Assembly: GCA_002269645.1 (NCBI GenBank)
Contig: NIVC01004761.1
Location: forward strand, 1-35,694
Source of the DNA: Macrostomum lignano
Taxonomy: Eukaryota
Length of the DNA: 35,694 bases
Direction of reading: 5' to 3'
The stretch's first letter is position 1; the number at the start of each line of letters is the position of its first letter. Below the pieces are notes generated by a model, which did not search any database, had not been told where the DNA came from, and worked only from the letters and a program-made list of their open reading frames with translations. The position numbers were made by a program, and so were the translations under genes. Below, piece by piece: positions 1 to 11,100 of this stretch.

Positions 1-700
1 TTCTGATAGTGAAAGGGAGCAATACTTTTTTTAACTATTTGCACACTAACTTAAGCATCACATTAGATTTCTATTTGTACACTAACAGGAGCATCATGAA
101 GCTAATAACCCAGGCTTCGTACAGTGTTGCGATGATAAATATTTTCAAACACAAGACAAACTAACTGTCACCCAAAAACACGATTACATGTACTTTCACT
201 CCGCGATATTTGAGCACTAATACATGACGAAACTACTAAATCAATTAGTCACTCACCTGTCCAATCCAGTCTGTTGCAGTTGATTAATGCTAGTGTAATC
301 AATTACTGGATCTCGAGCAACCGGCACTTCGTTGCTTCTATAGATGAAGCCCTTGGAATCCACGGAAACGGTCATCTCAAGTGGATTGTCCGTACACTTG
401 TACTCTGGCTTGGCAGTCTTCACCATCCCGCCGGATATGCGAACGGCTTCAGCAATCGTTGCATACTTCCCAGATAGCTTGCAAATCCTTACCGAAGACG
501 CTGACTCGCATCTCAGATGAGTCGTCCACCAAGATGAACGAAAACACTTGGCCCTGACCTTTGTTGTTATTATACGTGTGAACGTCTTTCAGGTTCGTCA
601 CAAGGCCAGTGACAGGCGTAGGCATTTGCCCAACTGTCAGACCGGCAATCCCATCCTTCTTCGACTTCTTTTTCAAAGGTGACTCTGAATAAGAGGCCAT
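1..700 (-). pseudogene. RPA70-like OB-fold gene, copy A (exon 1 700-257, intron 256-3, exon 2 runs off the window); +1 frameshift near 454
   Basis: MASYSESPLKK...GQVFSFILVDDSSEMRVSVFGK resembles RPA70 DBD-A. Donor ag|gtgagt at 257/256 and acceptor atcag at 3. It has agcaatcg where copy B has agcatcg. Confidence 0.75.
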
Positions 701-1877
701 TTTGCAGAAAATATTATTCAACAATTGAAAAAAGAACTGATAAAAAGTATCAATCAAACTTTTTCTAAGGCAATGATAAGCTTTAACTGTAAGACAACAA
801 AATTGGCTCAACAAATCACAAGCTATATATATGTAGAAATAAAAGTAGCCACGAAAAAAACACCACCTCCCCTCCAGCCCAGTACATTGTACTCAATTTT
901 GCATTCATTTTTACTTTATTACACAATCTAATTGGCTGGACACACAACCCAACCCATCACTCCAGTGCCAGCATTAAAGCACACACTGCACCCTCTGATG
1001 TACGCTAAGGTCTCCTCACTTTTCTCACCTAATCCTTTTTGTTTGTTTGCTATCTCGTTTTTATGGTGACACAATTCTCACCGACTGACTCAGCAAGTGT
1101 AGGCAATACTTTAAGAGTTCGCGGCCGCGTGTACTTCACTGCACAAACAAAACTTGTATGGCCGCGGCTGACTGGTTGAGCCATTTTCGCACGCTTCTAA
1201 GCCGGGAAAGAAAATAGGCGACCCTCCTCAAGTCAGGCTGCATGGCCACCAGTACGCTAGACAATTTTTTAGGCAATCGCCGCTCTAAGCCCGACTGCAC
1301 AACCGACCAATAGGAAGCCTCAGACTTGTACAGAAAACCACCGTAAGGCTCAGCGAAGCGACGACGCACAACCCATAACCCCTAATTTTATTCGCCCCTA
1401 CACCTCAGTTCAGTGCCTATATAGTCTGATATAGTCTGATTCATATATTTAGAGTCATATATTTCTATATTAGAGTCTCAACAAATCATATTTTCTCAAT
1501 CAAATCATCAACAAATCAACAATGCATATTACACAAATATTTGGTGGCGGCGGCGGCGGTAGGCGAGGCGGCGGTCAGCGCGGCGGCTGGCAGCGCGGCA
1601 GGGGCGGCCACGCGGAAAGAGCAGTGAGTACCTTCCTAAGACACTGTAAATCTTGTGCTTTGAGTACATTCGAGTATAGTCTTAAATTTTATCTAATTGT
1701 AGCCTGTTACTGACTTTCATGCTACTCGTATTATTACTGATAAATTTTGCAAAAATTTCCTTCTTTTAATTGCCAGTCGTTTGTTTCTTCTGTGGAGGCC
1801 GCCACCGCGTTGCCAGCTGCAACGCGATGAAGGCCGCCGCCCGCCTTCTGCAGCAGCAACAGCAGCAGCAACAGCAG

Positions 1878-3825
1878 CTCGGTGGATTCGCTGGATCCGC
1901 GGCTTCCTGTCGGACCGTCACAACGCAGTCCGCTGGGTTAACGCCTACGAGCCGCAACAGAGTCTTCCGCGAAGTCTGCCACAGGGCAGTGTGCTAGCGC
2001 CCACGCTGTGGAATATCTATGTCAACGATTTAGCCCAAGCAGTCGCCGAGGCGAACCCTTTGGTTAGCCTCAGTCTCTACGCCGATGACTCGGCCTTACT
2101 GGCGACCGCTCGCACACTCGACATCTGTGCCAGAGAACTCCAACCAGCCCTGATGCAGTGGCCGACTGGTGCCGAGATTGGAAAGTCTCCATTAGTACTG
2201 GGAAATGCTGCTACTCCACCTTCACTCTAGCGGCAAATGAAAACAACGGCAAACGGAGAGTGAACCTCCAGATCAACGGCGACAAGCTTGCCTTTCGATC
2301 CAACACCGACCTTCCTGGGACTCACTCTTGACGACAGCCTAAGTTTTTCAGCCACCATGCATCAAAGATCCGTAAAAGATGGCCGCGCCCGCAGAAGACC
2401 TCTCACTGCCCTCGCTACCAGATCGGCCGGTGCGGACAGTCAGATCCTCCGCATGGCTTACATCGCCACCGTTCGCTCTGTTGCCGACTACGCGTGCGGG
2501 GTCTGGGGGTCTTTCACTGCAGCCAGCTCTAAGCTGCTGATCGACCGCACAACAGCACAGCTGTGCGCGGATCATCACTGGGTGCTCCAACTTACTCACA
2601 TCCGGGACCTGCTTGCGGTGGCGAACCTGTCGCCCTTCAGCCATCTGGTGCTACAACGTAGTGCGACGCTCAGAGAAAGAATCCTACGTCTCCCGCAGGA
2701 CACTCCAGCACTTCAGGTCGCCAAAATGGACACCCGACCACGACTGAAGAATCGAGCCTTTGAGAGCCACCAGAGAACACCGAGAGACCCAAAGGACATC
2801 GTCACCGTCCTCCACGACTACCAGCGAGAACACCGTGGTTGCTGGCGCCGCGTTAGCCAGAGCTCGACAGACAGGGGCTGCTCAACGGCCCCACCAGGGA
2901 GCCCGCTCCGCAGCTCCAGCCGCCGTGGACGGCCCACGAAGCGATCACTTTCGACCTCAGTTTGGCTACGCAGTGCAGCCGCAGCCAGCCCCAGAGCCTC
3001 CGCAGCGATACTGCACTGAGGTACCTCGAGGAGCGCGGCTCCCACCCGGTCAGCGTTTGGACTGACGGCTCGGCCGCCGGCGGCACATCGGACGGCACCA
3101 GCGCAGCGGTGATCATCACCCCATGCTGGGTCGGGTCGTCACCAGCGCTGCAGGGAACATCTGCAGCAGCACCCAGGCGGAACTCCAAGCCATACTGCTT
3201 GCCATCCAGAATACCAGAGAGCATCAATGTATCGACATCTTCACTGACTCCCAGGCGGCCATTTACAACATCATGGCGGGCCAGCGCAGCAACAGCAGAA
3301 TCGTCTCCGAAATTTGGAACCAGAGTAGCGATCACTCCATCCGCATCACCTGGATACCGGCTCACTGCGGCATCCCCATGAACGAACGCGCAGATAGGGC
3401 GGCAAGACTGGCGACCGCAGATCAGAGCGACCATGGTGTCCCCATCATGGCAGCCAGCGTTACCTCTGCCGGGAAAGACGTGATCTAGACCTCGAGCTTT
3501 GGGGCCGTAAGGCGCCATGGCCAAGACTCCCAACCTTGCCGAGGAAATTTGAGGTCCTGGTCAACCAGCTCCGCGCCGGCTGCAGCAACCTTGCCGCCGC
3601 CACTAGACTCCGACTCGGCCTGTCCGACTCCGACGTGTGCCCGGACTGCGGAGCTCGCGACACGAGCAGCACATTCTTTTCGACTGCCCACGAGGGTTCG
3701 CGGCCCGCCCCGGCGAACAAGACGCACTCCTGGTTGACGCGAGCCTCACCATCAACCTTCTTCACAGGCTGGGGCGCATCTAGCGCCCCCGTCTCTTGCA
3801 GCTCAGCTGACATCGAGACGTGCGG

Positions 3826-3856
<31 letters not shown>
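1878..3856 (+). mobile_element. 5'-truncated non-LTR retrotransposon A (RT C-half, RNase H, C-terminal Cys motif; I-group-like), frameshifted, with (AG)14 tail
   Basis: Motifs WIRGFLSDR, LPQGSVLAPTLWNIYVNDL, YADD, FLGLTLDDSLSF, RNase H WTDGS / QAELQAI / FTDSQAA / WIPAHCGIPMNERAD, and CPDCG. (AG)14 at 3829-3856. Both flanks read caacagcag, a possible TSD that is ambiguous in low-complexity DNA. Confidence 0.85.
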
Positions 3857-3979
3857 CAACAGCAGCAGCAGCAGCCGCAGCAGCAGCCGCAGCAGCCGCA
3901 GCAACAGCAGCAGCCGCAGCAACAGCAGCAGCATCAGCAGCCGCAGCAACAGCAGCCGCAGCAACAGCAGCCGCAGCCA
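3857..3979 (+). repeat. CAG/CAA/CCG trinucleotide tract (polyQ/P), copy A
   Basis: Read directly. It is in frame with the 9 Gln codons at 1851-1877 if the LINE is removed. Confidence 0.9.
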
Positions 3980-4012
3980 ATGAATGAATTGTAAATTCCA
4001 AAATATACTATG

Positions 4013-4920
4013 ACTTTTTTGACTTTTGATTAAAATCCGCGATAGACTTATTTATTTTTTTGGACTTTTGAAACAATGGCGCACCAGTACAAAGTTTTGT
4101 GAACAGAATATTCTAATGCCATGAAATATTCAAAGTATAATTCATTCTCACCATAGCATGTCATGACAAAGAATGACCGTACATACACACTTACCATTTC
4201 ATACTGGCTTACTTTGAAAGTAGAACAATACGAATCTGCATGAATAATTTCGCCGAACTATTAAACATTTCTAAGTTTTACGATTATTATACACAGTACA
4301 AAAAACTGTTTTATCCATTTTTAACTGCTATAACTAACAAAGAAGCAAACGGCGAATTAAATTTTAAACTATTAACAACCACAAATTGAAGTTTAAAAAT
4401 TGAAACAAAAGTTAAACAAACACTTGTATTTATTCAAACGATATATGATCTGCTTCTGACTACTAACGCTGAGCAAGTTTAATATTTCGTACAGATATTG
4501 AAAAATGTAATAATTTATTACAAAAGGATAGACTGTCGCTTCAGCAGATGGTGCCATCGACAAGCAGCCAGTATAGCTTTAGCAGTACAAAAATGTACAT
4601 GTATATGCCATCCTGACTACCTGCCGACTCGCGTCACTGCTCAATTGCATGCATTGGGTGTAAGCAAAGGTAGAGACACTCATTCTCAAACCAAACATTA
4701 AGTCGCTCCGCTCTGCTTAAGGCTGCTACAGAGCTTGACTGCAAATGCTCCTTTTAGAGTCTGGAACCACAGGGTATATAGAGCAGCTCCTATATCCCAT
4801 TTAAAAACTCTTTTAGCCCAGTTAAGATGCAGTCAACCTACTCTCAATGAGGGCTGCTTCATAAATTCCAATTATACATACAGGTTTGACCTGCTTATAC
4901 CTGTACTATATCTGTTTACT
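4013..4920. repeat. Conserved non-coding module M, copy 1
   Basis: High similarity to 28655-29566 (full) and 22364-23070 (partial); each copy is followed by satellite S1. Confidence 0.85.
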
Positions 4921-6240
4921 GACTGTATTTTATGGTCTGTTCAGCGACTGTATTAGTGACTGCATTATTGTCTGTTTAGAGGCTGTATTGTCTGTTAAAC
5001 GACTGTATTGTCTGTTTAGAGGCTGTATTGTCTGTTAAACGACTGTATTGTCTGTTTAGAGGCTGTATTGTCTGTTAAACGACTGTATTGTCTGTTTAGA
5101 GGCTGTATTGTCTGTTAAACGACTGTATTGTCTGTTTAGAGGCTGTATTGTCTGTTAAACGACTGTATTGTCTGTTTAGAGGCTGTATTGTCTGTTAAAC
5201 GACTGTATTGTCTGTTTAGAGGCTGTATTGTCTGTTAAACGACTGTATTGTCTGTTAAACGACTGTATTGTCTGTTTAGAGACTGCATTGTCTGTTTAGA
5301 GACTGTATTGTCTGTTTAGAGACTGTATTGTCTGTTTAGAGACTGTATTGTCTGTTTAGAGGCTGTATTGCCTGTTTAGAGGCTGTATTGTCTGTTTAGA
5401 GACTGTATTGCCTGTTTAGAGACTGCATTGTCTGTTTAGAGGCTGTATTGCCTGTTTAGAGACTGTATTGTCTGTTTAGAGGCTGTATTGCCTGTTTAGA
5501 GACTGTATTGTCTGCTTAGAGGCCGTATTGTCTGTTTAGAGACTGTATTGTCTGTTTAGATACCGTATTGTCTGTCTAGTGACTGTATTGTCTGTTTAGA
5601 GACTGTATTGTCTGTTTAGAGACTGTATTGTCTGTTTAGATACCGTATTGTCTGTCTAGTGACTGTATTGTCTGTTTAGGGACTGTATTGTCCGTTTAGA
5701 GACCGTATTGTCTGTAGAGACTGTATTGCCTGTTTAGAGGCTGTATTGCCTGCTTAGAGACTGTATTGTCTGTTTAGAGGCCGTATTGTCTGTTTAGAGA
5801 CTGTATTGCCTGTTTAAAGGCTGTATTGTCTGTTTAGAGGCTGTATTGTCTGTTAAGAGGCTCTATTGTCTGTTTAGAGGCTGTATTGTCTGTTTAGAGG
5901 CTGTATTGCCTGTTTAGAGGCTGTATTGTCTGTTTAGAGGCTGTATTGTCTGTTTAGAGGCTGTATTGTCTGTTAAGAGGCTCTATTGTCTGTTTAGAGG
6001 CTGTATTGTCTGTTTAGAGGCTGTATTGTCTGTTTAGAGGCTGTATTGCCTGTTTAGAGGCTGTATTGTCTGTTTAGAGGCTGTATTGTCTGTTTAGAGG
6101 CTGTATTGTCTGTTAAGAGGCTCTATTGTCTGTTTAGAGGCTGTATTGTCTGTTTAGAGGCTGTATTATTGTCTGTTTAGAGACTGTCTGCATAGTGACT
6201 GTATTATTGTCTGTTTATACCTGTACTACTATCTGTTTAG
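4921..6240. repeat. Satellite S1 array A, 20-bp unit ctgtattgtctgtttagag(g/a), about 60 units
   Basis: Visible tandem repeat with a 40-bp dimeric higher-order pattern at about 4970-5260. Confidence 0.95.
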
Positions 6241-6313
6241 TGACTGTATGATCAGTGGCTGTAGTTTTGTCTGTTAAATGACTGTATATCATGTTCGTGT
6301 AAAACTGTTATAG

Positions 6314-6437
6314 ATGAGTATAAGAAAGAACTTATGAAACATCCCTCGTAAATAGGATTTACTCAATGTACTCTCTCAGGGCTATCAGTTCATTGAGACT
6401 TCACGCGACTTTGATTTCATTCTCTACAGTCAGACGC
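6314..6437. repeat. Module U (3' flank of RepHel), duplicated at 23888-24011
   Basis: atgagtataag...ggatttactcaatgtactctctcagggctatcagttcattgagact...gcgactttgatttca is shared by both sites. Confidence 0.85.
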
Positions 6438-6495
6438 CAGACACTTCTCAAACACATCTCTTGGACTTGAACTCACGAATAGCGTCCGAAATTGC

Positions 6496-8150
6496 TTAGT
6501 CTCCAGTCAGCACCTCTGGGTACACCACGTTCCTCGTCTTAGTTCCAGAAGTACGGACACGGACATTAGCAGCGTTCCTCGCTCGCGACAGAGCCGTATA
6601 CAGCTGGCCATGAGTGAAGCAACCGACAGCGAGGTCCACGCCAACTGTGTCCAGAGACTGTCCCTGCGACTTGTGGATCGTCAGGCAGAAGCTCGGCTTC
6701 ACAGGGAACTGCAGCCGCTTGAAACTGACGGGGAGGTCCGCATTGCTAGGAATAAGCGGGATTCGCGGCAGAAGAATCTCGTCTCCCGTGAACTGGCCCG
6801 CAGCAATCTTGCATCTAAGCACGTTCTCGCCCATCGCGAGTATGATGAGCCGCGTACCATTGCACAACCGTGGCGGGTTGATGTTCCTCAAAAGCACTAC
6901 TGGCATACCTACTTTCAGCTTCAACAAGTGAATCGGAAAGTTCGGGGCATCCAGCTGGTTGAGCAACTCAGGCGGGAAGTGCGTAGCGGCATCCTCATCG
7001 GCCACACTGTCTATTGAGCGGTACTCCCGCAGGCTGCCGGGGAACATGCCCAGACACGTCTCATTGATGGCATCCACTGAGTCATTGTAAGGCGCCAGGA
7101 TCACTCGGCTTGCAAAGTAGCTGTCTCTCTCCACTGGTTCTTCAAACGATGGGAACACAAAATTGATTAGATCAGTGAGAGGCCCTTCCGCAGAAATCAC
7201 GATCTCGGCTGGCAGAGACACTTTCTCCTCCGCATCCTGCTTCATTGTTCCGGATCCGATGTGTGGATTGTTAAAATGTCGAATATTTCATAACCTATAC
7301 ACACTTTTAAGCATAGACATTCCTAAATGACGCAAACTTAAAAAAATTGAGCTCAAAAACAAATCCGCGTCTAGTGTATCATTGTCAATCATTTAATAAA
7401 CTGATGAAATCAGACTTACCTGCTTGAGTAGCTCGGTGTACATCTGATACGCTACAGAATCGGAACTGCTCAGCATCCGGATGTTTCTCGTCAGGCGATG
7501 CCGTTGGAAGTATTTCCACAGTGAGGATCGGCTAACACACGCCATGACACTGTTAGCACGAGTCCCATGCACCACAACGGGTAGGAGCTGCCGGAAGTCA
7601 CCAGCGCACACAAACACCAGTCCGCCAAATGGCGAGTCCTGCTTCCGCACATCTCGCAAGCACCGGTCGACCGCCTCCAAATCCTTCCGGTTTGTCATAG
7701 AAATCTCGTCCCACACAATTAGACGCGCTGTGCGAAATACAGCAGCTTGTTTGGACTGCACTCCAACAGCGCACACGTCCTTGTTTGAGCGTAATACCCG
7801 AATTGGTATCTTGAACCTGACATGGAAAAATTTGGGTATCATACAGCAGAGGAAGTATTCACATATTTACTTGTTTAATTATTCGTAAGTTACTAATAAT
7901 TTACAAATTAAATATAAACAACTCACGTGGAATGCGCAGTTTGTCCACCTGGCAACAGAGTCGCTGCGATTCCTGAAGCCGCAACGGCGAGAGCGACTTC
8001 ACCCCGGCTGCGCACGAAGGCCAGCAAAACCTCCAGCAGGAAAGTCTTGCCAGTACCAGCGGGCGCGTCCAGGAAGTGCAAGCCGCCGTTGCCGCTCACA
8101 AGATCCTGAGTCACTGACTCGTACACGTCTTTCTGCTCGTCTGTCAGCAT
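6496..8150 (-). other. Pif1-family (SF1B) helicase domain of RepHel
   Basis: Walker A APAGTGKT, Walker B DEISM, and QFPVKPSFCLTIHKSQGQSL. Confidence 0.95.
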
Positions 8151-11100
8151 TGGTAAGCGTGCCTCAGTAATCTGCGCTTGCTCAATCGTATCGAACTGCA
8201 TCGGTCCATCTTGAGGCATCACGGAGGCCGCAGGCAAGCCGTACTCTGGCAGGCTTCTCCCACCCATGGAGGTCAGCATGCTCTGCAGCTCGCGGAGCGC
8301 TAGGTCAGTAATCTCCTCGGCACTTAAATCTCGATGGTGGAACCGCAGGTCCTCGCACATATCTTCGGCAAAAGAGCACCAAAGGTCGTTGCCATCCTCA
8401 GGCTCGCCCAATATGAGAATGACAGCCAGAATGTGTCTCAGGGCTCTTGGCATTCTTGACTGAACGGCCTCAGCTAGGCACCGCCGCCAGTGGTCATCTC
8501 GCTGCAGCAGACCAAGTGCCATGCAAGCAGCCTTGGCGCTCGGATGCACAACGCCGTCCACGGTCTGCAGCGCCTCGAAGCTGGTTGGTCCCTTGACTCG
8601 CAAAAGAAGCATGCGAACATAAAATAAATCACCAGTTCTTGGGCTCACCGTGTACATGCGTGCAACGTTTGTGTTCCGCACTACACCCGGGTGGCCATCG
8701 ACTTTCGCGCCTCGCTTGGCCCGCCGCCACACTCTTTCACTGGCATGCCACACGAAGTAGGACGGCACCTCCGTGTAGAGCAAGGACCGAGCAAACTCGT
8801 CAGTACGGCACAGCTTGAAAAATGCTGTCAACGTAGAGTCCCTCGGCGTCCTGGCTCTAGCACTTGCGGTCTGCTCGTTGAAATACACGAGCTGCTCCTC
8901 CGACTTGTGAACGCAGAGCCGGATGACCGCCGGAAATCTGTCATGCACCTGATCAGAAGCTGGGAGAGAAATAATCGCTTTTAAGTTTTTTCTGAATACA
9001 AAAAGCCACAGTTTTGCAATATTTACTCTTAAAATTTAAAATATTTATTACTTCAAAGCCCAAAATTGTATTCACAGCTTCCATTGGGCCAATGTAGCGC
9101 GCAGACAGATACTCCTTGATTTCATCACGCGGCCTCTCTCCATCGTTTGCCGCTACCGTTTGCGTCGGCTGCTGACTACCCGCACTCTGTTCTGTCGCTT
9201 CAGCAGAATTCTGATTGGCATTGACTTTGAACGTTGCCATGTCGCCGCCCTTCAGCAAGTACTTGATCACGTACTTGACCGACTTTACAGTGGCGCAAAC
9301 TTCAACGTTCATGTGGCACGCAAACTGGAGCAACAGTTCAGGGCTATAAGGCACAACCCACCTGTGGTTTAAGGAAAAAAACATTGTCAAACGTTTCCAA
9401 CATAAAATACAAGAGGCACCTAATACTCATGACTCGCCTGTTGTCCATGCGAATGCTGCGGCCTTTGAACAGTTTGTCCACTGTAAATCCACCCATCTCA
9501 GGCGACAGTCTGCGGTACAGTGGGTAGCCAGTATCGCTGGTCAGCGTCACCTGCTGGAACTCCTTCGGAAAGCCCTTGCTGCATTCGCCATTCTCCATGC
9601 ACGGGCACGCTGGATTGTCCTTGCCACAAGGGCCATGGATCATGTGCGTTTTCACCAGCTCATACAGCACAGGCTGCTGCTGTGGGTCCGGAATCTCGGC
9701 AGACACGATGTCATCGTATCGGTCCGGAGTCACCCGCTGGCCACTCGCTAGCCACAGCAGAAAGTGCACATGGGGGAGACCTAAATTATCAAGAAAAGTA
9801 TCAAGACATCTTTCAGTCCAATTATCCGATCTGTATCGAATTTGCATCACACAAACCCACCTGTATTTAGTATCTTTATAACGATATAACTATATAAATT
9901 TCATAAAACATAATACTGAGACTTGTACTCACCACGCTTTTGGTACTCTAGCGAGCAGACGTGCGCAGCCTCTTTCCCATAGCGCTTCGTTAGCTGGGCC
10001 AGCAGAGCTTTCTTCTTCATTTCAAAGACTCGGCTAACAATGTCCGGTCGGTGTTCAGCCCGCTGTCCAGGCAGCAGCTGGGCGCTGATCTCCGGCCAAT
10101 TCGGATTGCATGTTGCCGTGACAAACAGGTCCGGCTTACCAAACTTGTGAACATAGGTCATAGCGTCCTGCAGCCTCTCCATCAGGTACCTTGGCCCGCC
10201 AACGAAGCTTGAGGACAGAAGCACATGTGCGGGCTTGCCTATGTCACTCGGATCTCTGTCCGTAGATCTGCCATCAGCTGCAAACAGAGCGTCCCGCAGA
10301 CCGCTGTACGTCTCGCTGCGCAGGTCCTGCTGATGTGTCCGCAAATACAGCAGCCTCTCTGCCTCAATCTTTGCACACATGTCCACCAGGTACTGCTGAA
10401 ACAACCTTCGGCCATAGTGCAGCACACTGAACTGGCCCGCTCGCACCATGATTTCGCTTGCATAGTATTTCATGGGGGTCAGTTTCTTGTCATTACTCAT
10501 CCGCAACTCCGGGTGCCAGCCATCTTCGCCATTCGGGAACAGCAGCACATACTCCAGCGGGTCATATGAGCGGTGCGTCTCACTGATTCGCTGAGAACTG
10601 CCCCCACGCAGTTGAATCACGACGTCCCGACTGGCCGGTGCGTCCTCATTGTCCTCAACGATCAGGATACCGACCTCATTTGCCGTAGGCAAGTTGTAGC
10701 GCCTGATTTTAAACGGAGTTTGTGGGACACAAATTCTGTACAAATTGAATCACGTACTTATTACGCATTTTTGCGAGTTCGAGTTACAATCAAAATTCAT
10801 AATCTCATTTTGATTTCGCTTTCGTTTACATTTTTAAATTTCGTTATAACAAACACGCTAACTTACCGAATGTGTTCCCCAGATGGTCGACGGTCAGGGT
10901 GAATCACAATTCGCGCATCTCCCAGCTCTGGGTCTTGGCTAATTCGCTCAGCAGCAGCCTTCAGGCTGCGGACATAGCCGTTGCACTCGTGAAGCAGCGT
11001 CTGCAGCAGCTCCAGTAGCTCCGGCTTTACCTTCTGGCTGAGACTCTGGCGGCTTTCGAGTTCGCGATCATTGAAATACACCTGCCATCCCTGAGCTTCA

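Larger units (their letters stand above)
1522..3994 (+). pseudogene. Small two-exon RGG-rich / CCHC zinc-knuckle / polyQ gene, copy A (exon 1 1522-1623, exon 2 from 1777), interrupted by a LINE
   Basis: MHITQIFGGGGGGRRGGGQRGGWQRGRGG, donor gca|gtgagt, acceptor ttgccag|, then VCFFCGGRHRVASCNAMKAAARLLQ9. After the insertion a 41-codon Q/P tract ends PMNEL*. Relative to copy B there is a 1-nt frame offset near 1610. Confidence 0.6.

Noticed and set aside
4735-4956. Thrice-repeated ORF MTANAPFRVWNHRVY... (also 22885 and 29381)
   Set aside because: It has a TTG start, no recognisable motif, and runs into the satellite; recurrence is explained by duplication of module M.
4921-6240. Regular 20-30-bp repeats (S1, S2, S3, S5) as CRISPR arrays
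   Set aside because: The units are contiguous with no unique spacers, there are no cas genes, and the context is eukaryotic with introns.
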